Positions 23,759-36,793 of a stretch of 64,000 bases of DNA are shown here, in pieces. The position numbers and the translations under genes were made by a program. Below the pieces are notes generated by a model. It saw only the letters and a program-made list of their open reading frames with translations, did no database searches and was not told the origin of the DNA. The stretch is from the NCBI GenBank assembly GCA_010405405.1, contig MU004232.1, positions 131,540 to 195,539 on the forward strand, read 5' to 3'. Source of the DNA: Microthyrium microscopicum (taxonomy: Eukaryota). How positions within the stretch are numbered: position 1 is the stretch's first letter; the number at the start of each line of letters is the position of its first letter.

Positions 23759-26700
23759 ATGAGTTACAACAACCCAAATGGTTACTACTACGGCGACCCG
23801 CGATACAACCAAGCTCCTCCACCCCAACAATTGCCTCCGCAGCAGTCCCAGCATCAATACAACCAGTATGACGATACACCGTATCAGTATTCGCCATCCT
23901 ACAATCAAAATGCGCAATACACCCAACAACCGCAATCTGCCCAGAACTACCCAGCGCATACGCAACAGCAGTACCAACAAACCCAAATACCAGAACAGCA
24001 ATATGCGCAGTACTACAATGCACCCGAGACGCAATCGCTAACCGAACAGCTACTACAAGCCGCTGTTCAGTCATCTCCACAGCAAACATATCATACGGCG
24101 AATAATTTGAACGGATTGGCAGCATCAGGTTATGGTTCATCGGTGGCAGGCACAGGGTCCGATGGCTTCTACAACTCGTGGTCGCAGCCAAATGGGGCAG
24201 GAACAACTCATGCCTCTCCCCAGATATCTACGGCAGGCACCATGTATGCGCAGCCTGGAACAACTGCTCCAACTCTAACCCAACTTCCTCCCTCCTCTCC
24301 TTTACCACCCACCAACCCATATCTCCAAGGAAATACTGCGACGCATTCACCCCTATCTCTAGGCAATCTACTTCAACCTCAGATATCTGCTCCATCTTCT
24401 TCGCAATCTCTTCCTATTGCCCAACCATCGTTATCACAGTACGGCCCTCCCTCGTTTCCTCAATCCCGAGATCCGCGTCAAAGACAAGGATTGCAGCCGC
24501 AAGCAATGAGCCAACTCTACAGTCCCCCATCCAGTGCTTCGAATGTCAATCAAACTGCAGCATCACCACAAGTCACGTACAGCGGTCGGGAAGGCCAACC
24601 GGCAATGCACAAGCCTCAAAAATCACGCCCACAATCTTTACCAAAGTTACCGGTAGTCAAGATCAGCAGCTCATCATCCCTCGACTTGAAACCTAGTTCT
24701 CAAGAGCGACCAAAATCGGCCATATCGCAGCGTGTAGCTGTACCTACCCCTACCGAAGCTGGAGCAGACAGACTTCAATATGATCAGCTTCTTATTTCCT
24801 TGTCGGAGGAATATGTCAACGCTGCTTACGCTCTGGGCCCACAAGTGGCACTTATGGCAGATCCAGAAGCTGTTGAAATATACAATGGCTTGATGGCCGC
24901 GGGACTGGGCTGCCTGGAGGCGGCCTTGAAGGTAGGCTTTTTTTCCATCGCTCCATCAGATCATGCTAACTTGTCATTCAAGAAATTCAATTTCCCTGCT
25001 CGCTTAAAGGCGGCAATCACCTACCGATATGCATGCTTATTGTTTGAGGAAACTGAAAATTATGAACAGCTAGAGCATATTCTTAGTCAAAGTATTTCCC
25101 ACTGCGACCTGAACAAACTTTTTGATTTCAAATATGCCATTTATCATCTTCATGCGAGAGCGACCTTTAGAAGAAATCCTAAAGCTGCAATCAAGGCACT
25201 TGATGCTCGTATTCGAGAGGTCGAAGGGTATGTCACTCCCTTGCGGAAAGGATCTGATTCTAACATTATTTAGTTTCAAAAATGTCCCTTGGACTTATGC
25301 ATTACGACTGTTACGAGTAACTTTATCCATGCAGATATCATCTCACCACGAAATCATCGCTGCGCTCCAGAATTTGAAAGCGCTGATTGCCATGACAGAA
25401 AAGAGAGGAGATGATGCTTTGACCATCGCCTTTTCTGTCTTCGAGGCTCTTATTCATCTTAGATCAGACTCCGTCGATTTCTCGATGAATTGCCAAGAGT
25501 CGATTGCACGAGCTCGAAGTTTGCAAATGCGAAAGTCCACTCAGGGCGTAAAGCAGCTTTGGGCGATACTCAACTGTGTGGACCAGGCATGTTCCCTGAT
25601 GCTAAGCCAAACAGAGCAAGCGAAAGCCAAAACCTCACTTTCTGAGGATCTCTTTCAACAGCTCATATTAGAGGAGGAAGTCTGGCAACCCGATGGCTCA
25701 ATCGAGGTTCCGCTCAGTGCATCCTCCGCGGCACAATTATCCGATCTTTCTCCGCAAATTTTCTCAAAGTCGTCAGATGGAGAGACATTCCTATCGTTAG
25801 GCTGGCTCGACAGTAGCGGAGCATACGCCTTGTCGTTGATGTTTAGTGCTTGCGCGAAGATTCTGGGAAATGCGAAAGACGCTGAAGCACCAGCTCTTAT
25901 TCACAAAGCTATCGAGCTTCTTGATAGTATGTTCACTTTTACTTTTATTGATTAGGATTAACGAACTGACCTTTTAGGCACCCTTGATCCCACTCAGCAG
26001 ACTGAAGATAACGGCATCTTTCCAACGTCACGAGTAGACATGCAAACTCGATTTGCAGGCAATCGCATGATAATGTGGTACCTTGTACTTTACCAATCAT
26101 TCCTTCATGCCACTAATACCCATTGGACCGATGCGCGAAGAGGGCTTAAGAAGCTCAATTCGCTACTTCAAGGTGATGAGTCCTCGAGATCACAGAACCT
26201 CCGTTACTGGACCTTGTATCTTCAAGGGGTAGTGGAACAAGGCACGGGCAACACAGAGGCCGCAATACAGACCTTCCAGTCTTTGCTATCCATGAGCCCA
26301 GCCAAATCAACTCCAAACAAACGACAAGGTGTAGTATATGATGATCTAGGGATTCTCGCTCGACTCAATCTGATCCTCCTCTTACGCTCACCTAACCACC
26401 CTCCCACTCCTCAGGCCGAACAGCTCCAGGCTGAAGTCAAAAGCCTTGTAACAGCCGAGCACCCCAACCAACTCATAGTAGCCTCTATGCAATTCGTACT
26501 GGCTATCTGGAACTCCAACGAAAGCATATCACGCACAAAAGCTGGTCTCAAGGAAGCTCTTGGCCCCGCTCGCGTGCTAAACAGTGCTCAACTACTCGCC
26601 ATTACTATGAATGCCTTACTCACCATGTTCTTCAAAGACATTACTACCGGCCACCAGCAAGAAAACGGACGCAAAGTAGTCGTCCAGCTGGCCAAAAACA

Positions 26701-26873
26701 GTATGGATCCACTCTGGATCTCCGTTGCTAATGGCTTAGCTCTGGATGGTCCCGCAGACCCGCAGAAACGAGAGTTGCAGGAACGAGAGCTGGATACATA
26801 TATGGATCAGCTGGCGCCGAATGTAAGAAACAGGTTCTTGGTGGAAGAGGAAGATGTGATGGAGACCACTTGA
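23759..26873 (+). CDS. MAU2: Cohesin loader subunit Scc4/Ssl3/MAU2-like with a Q/P/Y-rich N-terminal extension
   Basis: LLISLSEEY..AA, Y..LMAAGLGCLEAAL, YRYACLLFEETEN and W.YALRLLRV, followed by helical repeats. Introns at 24932-24982, 25228-25273 and 25927-25977. Confidence 0.8.
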
Positions 26874-27197
26874 TGAAGATAATGTCTCGGCTTTCTTCCT
26901 CCTCCGCATGCATTGCATGGCGTAATAGCGGTTTTGTCGATGATACTTCTCAGCGTGGATGATCATGATATCCCTTCACGTTTCCGCTGTTAGCAGTCGA
27001 TATTCTGTATTATGTAGGGGTCTGACAGCAGATCGTCCCTACATGTTCTATTATAATGTACATGAATTTTCTCCTGAACTCCGTAGTTATTGCTTTTGGC
27101 ATCTTCGTCCTGTTCAAAACACCACTATTGAAACACATCAGCAGACTACCAAGTCATAATCAAATATGAGAGTATTAAATTGAAACATTATCATTTA

Positions 27198-28602
27198 TTA
27201 AGAACTAGTCCTGTTCTTCACCGCAGGATAATAATCCTTAGTATAAGTCGCATTCAAAACAACTCTCCCACTAACACTCCCATCCTCCAACCTCACCCAA
27301 GTCTCCACCTCCTTGCCCAAAGACTCCGTATTCACTCGTATCTGTCTACTTCCCCTCGTCCACTTCCCATAGCCGCCGTAGCCAGTATGTCGTCCGAAGC
27401 AGAGAAATATACCATTGCCTTTGAGGTCCATGTCAGGATACTTGCGATCCCATCTATGGCACCAATCGTCCCCATGATCATGGCCAGAGAAGACCGCCAT
27501 AAGACCTTCTGTCTGTAGCAAAGCTTTCATGAACGGGACGTCTTCGCCAGTATACTGATCCCAGAAGATGGACTGTGGAGCTAATGGATCGTCATCGTTA
27601 ATACCAGGCTCTTTGTGGGGATCGACACCAGTCTTTTGGAACGCGGCGGTCGCGTAGGTGGGAATATGGACGAACCCAAGAGATGGGATGGCGCGTTTAT
27701 ATCTCCTCTTGTACTTTGAGCTTGTATGGCTCAGCCAGTTCGCAACCTAAGTTTCGTCAGCTATATCTACTGAACGATGTGGTTTACTTACATCAGGATG
27801 AACGAATTGCGTCAATCCAATATCCGAGCCATTCTTCGCAAGTTTCTGATATTCCCTGCCCCCATAGCTGTCGAAGAACCAAAGCAGCATCGCCAGCTCA
27901 CCTCTTGAATATACTTCCAGCACATAATTCGTGATGCCGGCTTTAGGATTCCGCACCATGCGCTGAGTAAGACTGCCAGAATATTTCTTCTCCGCCTTGT
28001 ACAATTTGGTTTGCGATAGGTTGTACGCACGGTCATGGTTGCCGTATGTAGATGCCCAAGTGAGGCCGCGGTCGACTAAAGGCGCTACGATGATGTCCAG
28101 ATATTTCGTCGAGTTTTCGAAATGTGTGTTTTCGCCTGTTATTAAGTCTCCATTAAGGACTACGAGATCCTGTGATTCGTAGTCCAGTACATTATTCATT
28201 ACTTGAGTTGTTTTTACGTCGGAAATTGGTCCCCATCCCCATTCTGGAGCTATACAAACGTCAGATGGGGTTTGACTTGGAAAATATGGAAGAAGTCGTA
28301 CGATTATCTTCTCCTTCACCGTAATGAAGATCATTGAAAACGGTAATCTGGAAGGAGCCATCATGTCTGAAGTTCAAACTTGGTCCATAACCTGTCTGAT
28401 TCACTGCCAGCCCGACAACATGCCCGATAGTTGTTAGAGACCATAGCAATTCCTGCCTCATTACGAAGCATATGAACAAAACAGACACAGCAGCAAGCAA
28501 GGCCAACAATAGCTTCCTTGCCAGTGAACTGCTAATCCGCCGGGAAGAGCGCATCCTGTCGGCCAGCAAGCAATCTTCCTCATCTTTATACATTCTCGCC
28601 AT
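27198..28602 (-). CDS. Calcineurin-like metallophosphoesterase (Dcr2/PAP-like) with an N-terminal TM anchor
   Basis: Motifs DLHYGE, LNGDL, YGNHD, VHIP, FSGHDH and GRHTGYGGYG spread over three exons. Introns at 28301-28250 and about 27790-27727. Confidence 0.88.
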
Positions 28603-28782
28603 GGCCACCAGGGGATATTGGTGGTCTTGAAATGTGATCAATATATCTCAAAGATCATCTGCGGACGGGTATAAGCTAAGCTGGCTCTAGCTTGGCAAGG
28701 ATTTATTTGCTAGCTGAGGAACTTGACCAGTCAAAAGTGCGATGCCCTCAACGTGAGGCTGCTTTAGCTGAGCTTTGGCGAC

Positions 28783-31700
28783 CCCGCGGAGGGAATGCGG
28801 GAAGATCTCAAGTAAAGTATAACTGTCTTAATCATAGATTTATACTTACATTCTACACGCTCCTTCTAGGGGCGTAGGTTAACTAGTATATTAACGGCCT
28901 ACGTTCTTAAGTATAAAGTATAAGACCTTAATGTAGTTTACTCTAACAGGTCTATAAGGATTAGGGCGACTCTTCTCTCCTAGCGAACGTTATACTACTA
29001 TTAATAAACTACTTAACTATAGTTATACCCTAAATAACTTAGGTATATACTATGCGCTATTAAGTTTCTACTTATATTATAAAGTGCCTATATATAGGAT
29101 TGTAATTTAGGGACTTACTCTCTATATATAGGACCTCTAAGAGTAGGTATTATTAGAACCCTAATAATTTCTAAGGGATAATAGAGGGGATAAAAATTTT
29201 TTATAATAGTAAGATATAATTCATAGATATAAAGATATCTATAAAAATAAGATTATAGAGTAGAAGCTATACGTCCCTTTAAGGACTACTATAGCTATAT
29301 AAATACTCTTTAGGTCTAATAGTGTATTATATTTATATACTACTAAAAGCCTTTACTAAGAAAAATCTTTATTAAACTATAAATTAATAAGATAGCTAAA
29401 TACATAGTAATTAATAATTTAATTACTACCTATAAACCTATTAAGACCTTGCTCTCTAATATTACTAAAATACTATTAAATAGTTAGCTAGAGCTAAGTA
29501 ATTAATAATAATTAGGTACGTTAGATAGTCTTACCTACTAACTAGGTACTACTACTAGTTTTAAATCTATATTAAAAGACGTTATAATAACTAATAGAGA
29601 TAATAATTATAACTATACTATAGTTCTTAGTACTTAGAATACGTTAACTTCGTTTATTAGTATTAAAGAACTAAGAGCTAATTTATCTTAAGATAATTAA
29701 GTTATTACCTATGTTAAGAAGTCCTTAAAGAAAATAAAAAGAAAAGTTAATTATCTTAATTAAGTTAATAAAAATATATTATAAGTAGTATAAGACTACG
29801 CTAAAGGCAAGGAATCGCTATAACCTTACTAGTACTATAAGTAAATAGGGCACTAGAGTCAAAACTATAAGCATTATAAGAAAGCTCCTAAATCTAGCTA
29901 AGCCTAAACCTCTACTACTACTAGCTCTATTATAAAAGTAATACCTAATTAATCTACTAGAGCTAGCTCTATCGTTACTATAATACTTAGTACTATTATA
30001 AATATAATAGCTCCTATTACTACTATTACGACTAAAACAACTATACCTAAGCTAATAACTATAGTAGAAGGATTAAAAAAGGATAGTAAGCTGCTAAAGT
30101 TAAGAAAAAGGGATACTATAAATCCTACGTTTAAGGCCCCTAAGAAAATAAAAAAGAAGGGCTAATAGCTTAAAGTCCCCCTTATAGCTAATACTAAGAC
30201 CTTAAGCGACCTTAGCCTTAGGGTTATCTTAACGAAACGTCTTACTTATAAGAATATTATAAGAATTAAAACTAAGGATAATAAGTAGAAACTCTTTGTC
30301 TTTATAGATAGAGAGATTTAGAAGAGCTCTTATAGCCTTAATACTATTCGTAACGCTATTCTTACCTTAGGTAAGGTTAACCCTAATAATATCTAATAAG
30401 TCTACTTTAATAACTTATATAAGAATATTATAATTAATTATACATTAAAAGAAGTAGTAAAGAGAATAGTAAGTTATCTACTTACTATTCCCCTAAAGGA
30501 TAGTAAGACAATAACCCTTAAGCTAATAGTATTCTAGCCTAATAATCCTTAAGTCTTCTTTACTATAACTATTTATAGTCTAGCTCTAGAGCTTATTATC
30601 TAAGGTCTTATTAACTCTTTAGATAATAGTAAAGACTCTAAGTTTAATATCTTAGGTAGGACTTTTTAGCTTAGTTATAAATTTAAAGTTATTAAGGATT
30701 TAGTGCATATTCTTATTTTTAATAAGGCACCTAGTATTTTAAAGTTTAGTTTTAGCGTTTACTATAGTAAGAGAGTAAGAAGGCTTAAGTTCTAGGCAGA
30801 GAATAATAAGCTAAATTACTACGTAGTCTATATAATTCTAAGAAATATTACTTACTATAGCATCTTAAAGTGCCTACAACTTATTAGTTTAGTTATCCTA
30901 AATAATAAGATCCTAGATCTAAAAACTCTTATAAGACATACTAACCTCCTCATTAATCTTATAAATAATATTATTAATAAATAGGTTACTTATTACTTTA
31001 TTTAATGTATAGTCTATTATAAATACTATCCTATTTAATAATCTATACGCCTTAATAGTTACTAATAACATAGGAGTAGTATTATTATAAGAAGTGTAAA
31101 TTATAAACTAACGTGTCTATAAGCTTTAAGCTTCCTATCCCTAGCTAAGGATTAAAATCTATAAACCTAAATAGAGTAAAATAGTATTTATACTTAATAC
31201 TAACGCTTATAAATAGTATCCCTTACTAGATACTATTACCCCTAAAGAAATTACTAATAGCCTATATAGAGCTCTTTATATCTTCTATAAGGATAAAAGT
31301 AGCAAAGTCCTTATATATAATATTATATATAGAGATTAAGTTTTAAGTATTATTAACATTTATCTACCTACTATATAGGGCAGTCCTAAGGCAACTTAGC
31401 TTAAAGATTACATAAAGATTATTAGAGAATATTTAATACTTCTTACTTACAATATAGTAAGTAGAGATTAGAATAAGGTTAATAGTTCGTAAGATTCTAT
31501 AGTAGACAACTTATAGCCTTATGCTATATTAGATAATATAAGAGAATTCTTAGTAGCCCTCTCTAAAGATATAGTAATATATAATAGCTAGAGAGAGATA
31601 CATCTAGACTTAATCGTATATACTTAGTACTACTATAGAAATTGCTTAGAAGCTTTAAGGATTAATTGTATCTATATATAAGAAGAGTTACTAAATAGAG

Positions 31701-34700
31701 TAGTAGATTAGGATATTATATTTCTAGTACTAGAAGTTAATTCTGACTATAATATAGCTATAATAACTATAAAATTCTCTACTAATAGAGATAGGGGCCC
31801 TAGGTGATAAAGATTATAACTTAATCTACTAAAGTATTAAAAGTACTAAGTACTATATTAAGAGATTCTATCCTTATTATTTATAAGGGACCTATTTATA
31901 AGATAGCTTCTTATTAAATCTAAAGTAAAGAACCTCTTCTCTAAAGTAAAGTATTCTATTACTAAGTCTATAAGCAAACTAAAAATAAACCTACGTAAGT
32001 AAAGAGAGGCAATATATAAGAAAAGGTTAATAAATAACTCTTATAAACTCTAAAGGCAAATTAAGTCTATTGCTATAAGAGAATAGTTATTAGACGAGAA
32101 CCTTTATAAGTACTAGTTATATACCTTGCTAGCTAAATATACTTTACTTAACGAAAAGCTAAATAAATAGTTCTTTAAAAAGGTGAAGTTATAGAATAAT
32201 CTTACTATTAAGTCTCTTATAAACCTTAATAGTAAAATAAAAGATTTAAGTTAAGATATACTAAGGATTACTATATACTTTTATATGAACCTTTTTAAAA
32301 TAAAGGAGAGTAACGCTAATACTATAACTACTCTCTTATTCTACTATACTATATGTATTAATAATAATTATAAAAGTACTTTAGTACAAAGGATTTAGAT
32401 TAAGGAAATTAAAGCCTCTATTAGGTAGTTAGCTCTAAGAAAGTCTCCTAGTACTAATAAGCTTTCCTCTAAGTTCTATAAGTTTCTTCTTACGTAAGTT
32501 AAGAAAGAAGGAAATATAACCCTAATCCTAGTTTTAATATAGAGGCTCTTTTATAAGATTTAAATAGAAGGAGTAATTCTTACTAGCTTTACTAAAGGAA
32601 TACTTATACTTCTTTATAAGAAAAGCAACTCTTAATAAATTTTAAATTATAGACTACTAATGATAATAAATATTAACTATAAGATTTTTACTAAGATATT
32701 AATATAAAGGCTAGTTATAGCTCTAAGCTTAGTAATTAGTAATTATTAGTTAGTATTTTTACTAAGTCAACTAATAAATAATAATATAAGGACTATTTAA
32801 TTACTAATTACTTACTATAGGCAAAATAAACATCCTTTTGCTATTCTATTCCTTAATTAAGAGAAAGCCTATAATTAGGTAAGCTATTAATTCCTATATC
32901 TTATTCTACGAAAATTTAAAGTTCCTACGCTAGTAGTTAAATAGATATTACTTCTCTACGAGGAGGTAATTATATAAGTAACTATAAATAGCTACATAGG
33001 TAAGCTTATTTAGGTACAATCTAGAGTATATTAAGGAAACCTCCTTAGCTACCTATTATATATTATAATTATTAAAGTCTTAGTAAAAGCTATCCTAGCT
33101 AGCACTAAGATTAAAGGCTTATAACTATATTCTATTAGTAAGGTAATATGTCTTCTAATATATGCTAATAATACTACTATAGTGCTTTAAGATTAAGCTA
33201 AAATAGACGCTTTTATATATATTTTTAACCTCTTCTACTAAGTATCTAGCACGAAAATAAATTAGAATAAGACCTTCCTTTTATGACTTAGAGATACTAA
33301 GATTATTATACCTAGTATCTAAATTGTATTAGAATTTAATCTATATAAGCACCTAGGTATCCCTATAGGCCTTAATATTAATTTATAAATTAAGTTATTC
33401 TAGGCTAATATAATTACAAAATTTATAAATATTAGATTAACTTAGGCCTGCTTCTACTTATCCCTTAAAGGACAAGTCTTAGTTGCTAACTTGCTAATAA
33501 TATCTATAATTTATTATTACTTAAGGTTTATTCATCTCCTCTATAAGGTTTTGCTAAAGCTTAATAAGTACTACTATAAACTAATCTAAGATAAGAAGAA
33601 GCTAGTAACTACTTTATAATTATAAGTATATTAACTCCTAATAAAAGAAGGCGTTAGAGCTTTTAATATTATAACTATTATAAATACTTTATTACTAAGT
33701 ACTATTATAAGAAATATTAACTACCCTCTCCTCCTAGCGTCGCTATTAATAAGAGATTTAATAGCAAGAGCTAGTAAAGTTAAATCTACTATATATATAG
33801 AAAGAGTTAGAGATCCCTTTACTAGTTATCTTAGCTTAACTTTTTATATAATGCAACTTAAACTTAGAAGAATAACACTCTAGTAGAAGAAGAATTTTAA
33901 TATTAATAATAAACTAAACTTATTCTTTATTAGCAAACCTTTAAGCGTTAAAGAGATTATAAATACCTATTTTTAGTACTACCTAAGAATAGGAAAGATA
34001 AGCAATAGTAGTCCTAAAATATAAGACTATAAGGTCTAGCACTACATCTAGGATAACGGTGCTAGAACTCTAGGTAATATTTAGGACCCTATTAATAGGT
34101 AACTAATTACCTTCCTTAAGCGTATTAATGACTAAATTCATACTATAAGGTAAGTTATTAGAAAACTAATAACAAAACGACTACCTAAATCTTAGAGAGA
34201 GAAACTTTTAAATATTAGAATTGCCTCTTAATAAGGTAAATATTAATAGTATATATATATACATTTATTAAATAAGAGCTAGAGCTATTCTATCACTACT
34301 ATTACGTTTTAGAGACTATATTAATCTATAATAAATAGTAAGCTAGAAGATGTCTACCTAGAAGGCTTTAATAATTAAGTATAACTAATAATTAGGGTCT
34401 ACTAAGCTAGAATAGGCATTAAAATTAAGGCGATATAAATCTAAAGGTAAGTAAGGAAGTTTATTAATACTCCTAAAGCTAGTAATATAATCTAAAGAAT
34501 ATTATATCTTAAAGTTCTTACTAGTTTATAGCTTAACTAGCTACTACTAACTATATAAATATATCCATTCTATAACGTTAAAGACACTCTAACCTATATA
34601 TAGATTAACTATAGTTTAGCAAGAAAAGTATAGGCTAAAGTAGTTAAAATATAGAAGTTTCTATCCTTAAGATAGACTCTATATATACTTCCTTAATTAA

Positions 34701-35485
34701 TATCTAAAATATAGGCTTTTACTACGTTAGGCCCCCCTAAGGGCTCTAGTGCTATAAAATAGCGATTTAACGCTATATATAAAACTATTATATAAGCTAT
34801 TTAGAAAGCCTAGCTTTCTTAGTCTTATAAATATATGCATTACCTAAGAATTCCTCTAGTAATTACTAATTACTTTATTACTATTATACGCTTAAAAATT
34901 ATAAGCAAGAGAATCTTAGCAATAAGTAAAAGGTATCAAAGTAGAATATATAACCTAAAAGCGTTTTAAGCGTAATAAGGCGAGTAGCTAATAAAAATAA
35001 GAGTTTAGTAAAGTCTAAGATATCTATCTTAACTAAAGCCTCTCTAAAAGACTAATAAATTATAATATACTAGTAAAGCTAACTATAATAATAAAAGCCT
35101 TAATAGATTTTACCCTCCAAGCTAGTAGATAGGTTAAGTAAACAAGAGATAACTCTTAATACTTTTTAAAAAAGAAAAGTACCTTTTGTTACTAATTACT
35201 TACTAAAGATAGTAATTAAGCTTTAGCTTTAAATAATTAGACAAGATAGTAGAATAGTTATAGGTATCTACCTAGTAACCTAGTATAATTACTAAGACGT
35301 TAATATAACTAAAATCTAATTATAGCAAGCTTCATAAAGAGAAAGGGTTTAACTTTCTCGTACGCTAAGCGAAAAATATATTCATTATAAGTAGTGCCTA
35401 TAATGGGTAGTTCTAACTCGCTCTATGCCTCCCAACTAAGGGTTGTTACTATATATATCACTCTAAAACAAAACTATTATTTTCG
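28783..35485 (+). mobile_element. RIP-inactivated non-LTR retrotransposon of L1/Tx1 type, apparently near full length
   Basis: Flanked by the identical 16-bp TSD gctgagctttggcgac (28767-28782 and 35486-35501). Reversing C>T/G>A changes recovers a CCHC knuckle (29827-29868) and APE motifs SRLDRIY (about 31603), SDH (about 31742) and GPG.W (about 31795). It also recovers RT motifs KSPG..G...EFYK (about 32440), NYRP..N.DYKIF, DQEKAYD (about 32855), GVRQG.PLS (about 33022), YADD (33161) and YKHLG, plus LSLKG.V.VAN and a C-terminal CPFC..H..C (about 34562). Confidence 0.9.
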
Positions 35486-36044
35486 GCTGAGCTTTGGCGA
35501 CTAACTGGCGATCGTCGACGATTAATATAGATAAAATGGGGTGAAACCGATAAGAATGGAGGTATTGATAGTCTCCTGTGGGAACCTTACGGCGCCATCA
35601 TAGAGCAGAGAGATATATCATAACTATTCAATGACATGCTTAAACAGAAATAAGATGTATAAGAACATAAAAAGACTCTCAGTTTGGAAATGAGATGATG
35701 AAGTTGAGATGAAGTTGGACAAACGCTGCGATCGTCGTTGCAACGATCGGTTTCAACTCCTCATTGCTGTTAGCGTTTGAGAATTCAAGCATTGAAGCGT
35801 ATCGAAATATCTAATTTCATAATACTGATCTCTTTGGTTAAAAACACAAATAAAATGTAGAATCCCAAAAATGTATGCAGATTTCCTGCTCTCCATCTTC
35901 AAGGTGAAAGACTGCCAAAAAGCACAGACCTAGCAACCGCAACACGCCTTTCCTCCACTGTTTTCATCGCGTCAAAACACCAACTCAACATCTCCAACAC
36001 CCACCATTCCCACTCCCAACAAACTTCTCTAACGAATCGCAATT

Positions 36045-36408
36045 ATGGGCGCGGCCTTCTATCCCCGCGCAACAGTAAAACGCATCACAAAAGCCCATAC
36101 AAACCGCCCACTCAGCAAAAACGTCGACATCCTCATATTTCTGGACTACATGCTCTTTATGCAAGAGTACGTAAAAACCCTCCCTATCTACCCGTCCAAT
36201 TACCGAAACGCATGAGACGAAGAGGTGCTGATATGTGTATAGTCTAGTCCGCGAAGCACAGATATATTCGCGACAACGCGGCGAGCGTGGGATATCAGCG
36301 CGCGCGGTACGGCGAGTCCGCGAGGTATGTTCATATTCATAAAAAGGTGGGAAGGGATGGGGCCGGAGCTAATGGGTTTAGGGATCGTTACGGAAGTTTC
36401 GGGGATGA
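36045..36408 (+). CDS. CENP-W/Wip1-like histone-fold kinetochore protein (76 aa, 3 exons, absent from the ORF track)
   Basis: Exons 36045-36166, 36243-36324 and 36382-36408, with canonical GTACGT/GTATGT donors and branch sites. Product: MGAAFYPRATVKRITKAHTNRPLSKNVDILIFLDYMLFMQDLVREAQIYSRQRGERGISARAVRRVREGSLRKFRG. Confidence 0.85.
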
Positions 36409-36793
36409 GTGTTCAGCAAGATGTGGTGTTGGCACAGTATGAACGGGTCAAGCAGGCGTTGTGAAGACGATATACTTGATCACCCTGGCAGAAGAGACGC
36501 TCTCACGACATAAATGGATGACCGGGCTGGATGTAGGCACACGCTGGATGGTTGACGCATCCTGTTGAAAGAATTGGTTGCTCATATGCAAGGACGGGCG
36601 CAACCACTTGTATGACTGTTATGAACTTTTGATACCCCCAACAGATATTATATACGATACTCTTTCGGCAGCACAGTGTACATGAGAATCGAAGAACGAG
36701 AGCACAATTCAGCATCAAACCAAATTAACAATAAGCGATTATGTATTTCTATTATGATGCGATGCGTAAAACTGGGTATCAACAAAGAAGCGT

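Noticed and set aside
28740..28782. LINE target site being an RNA gene (tRNA/snRNA/5S), as for some Tx1 elements
   Set aside because: The reconstituted empty site shows no recognisable RNA gene motifs by eye.
28783..35485. Organelle insertion, contamination or alternative genetic code to explain the AT-rich ORF-less DNA
   Set aside because: TpA excess with CpA/TpG depletion and recoverable retroelement motifs indicate RIP.
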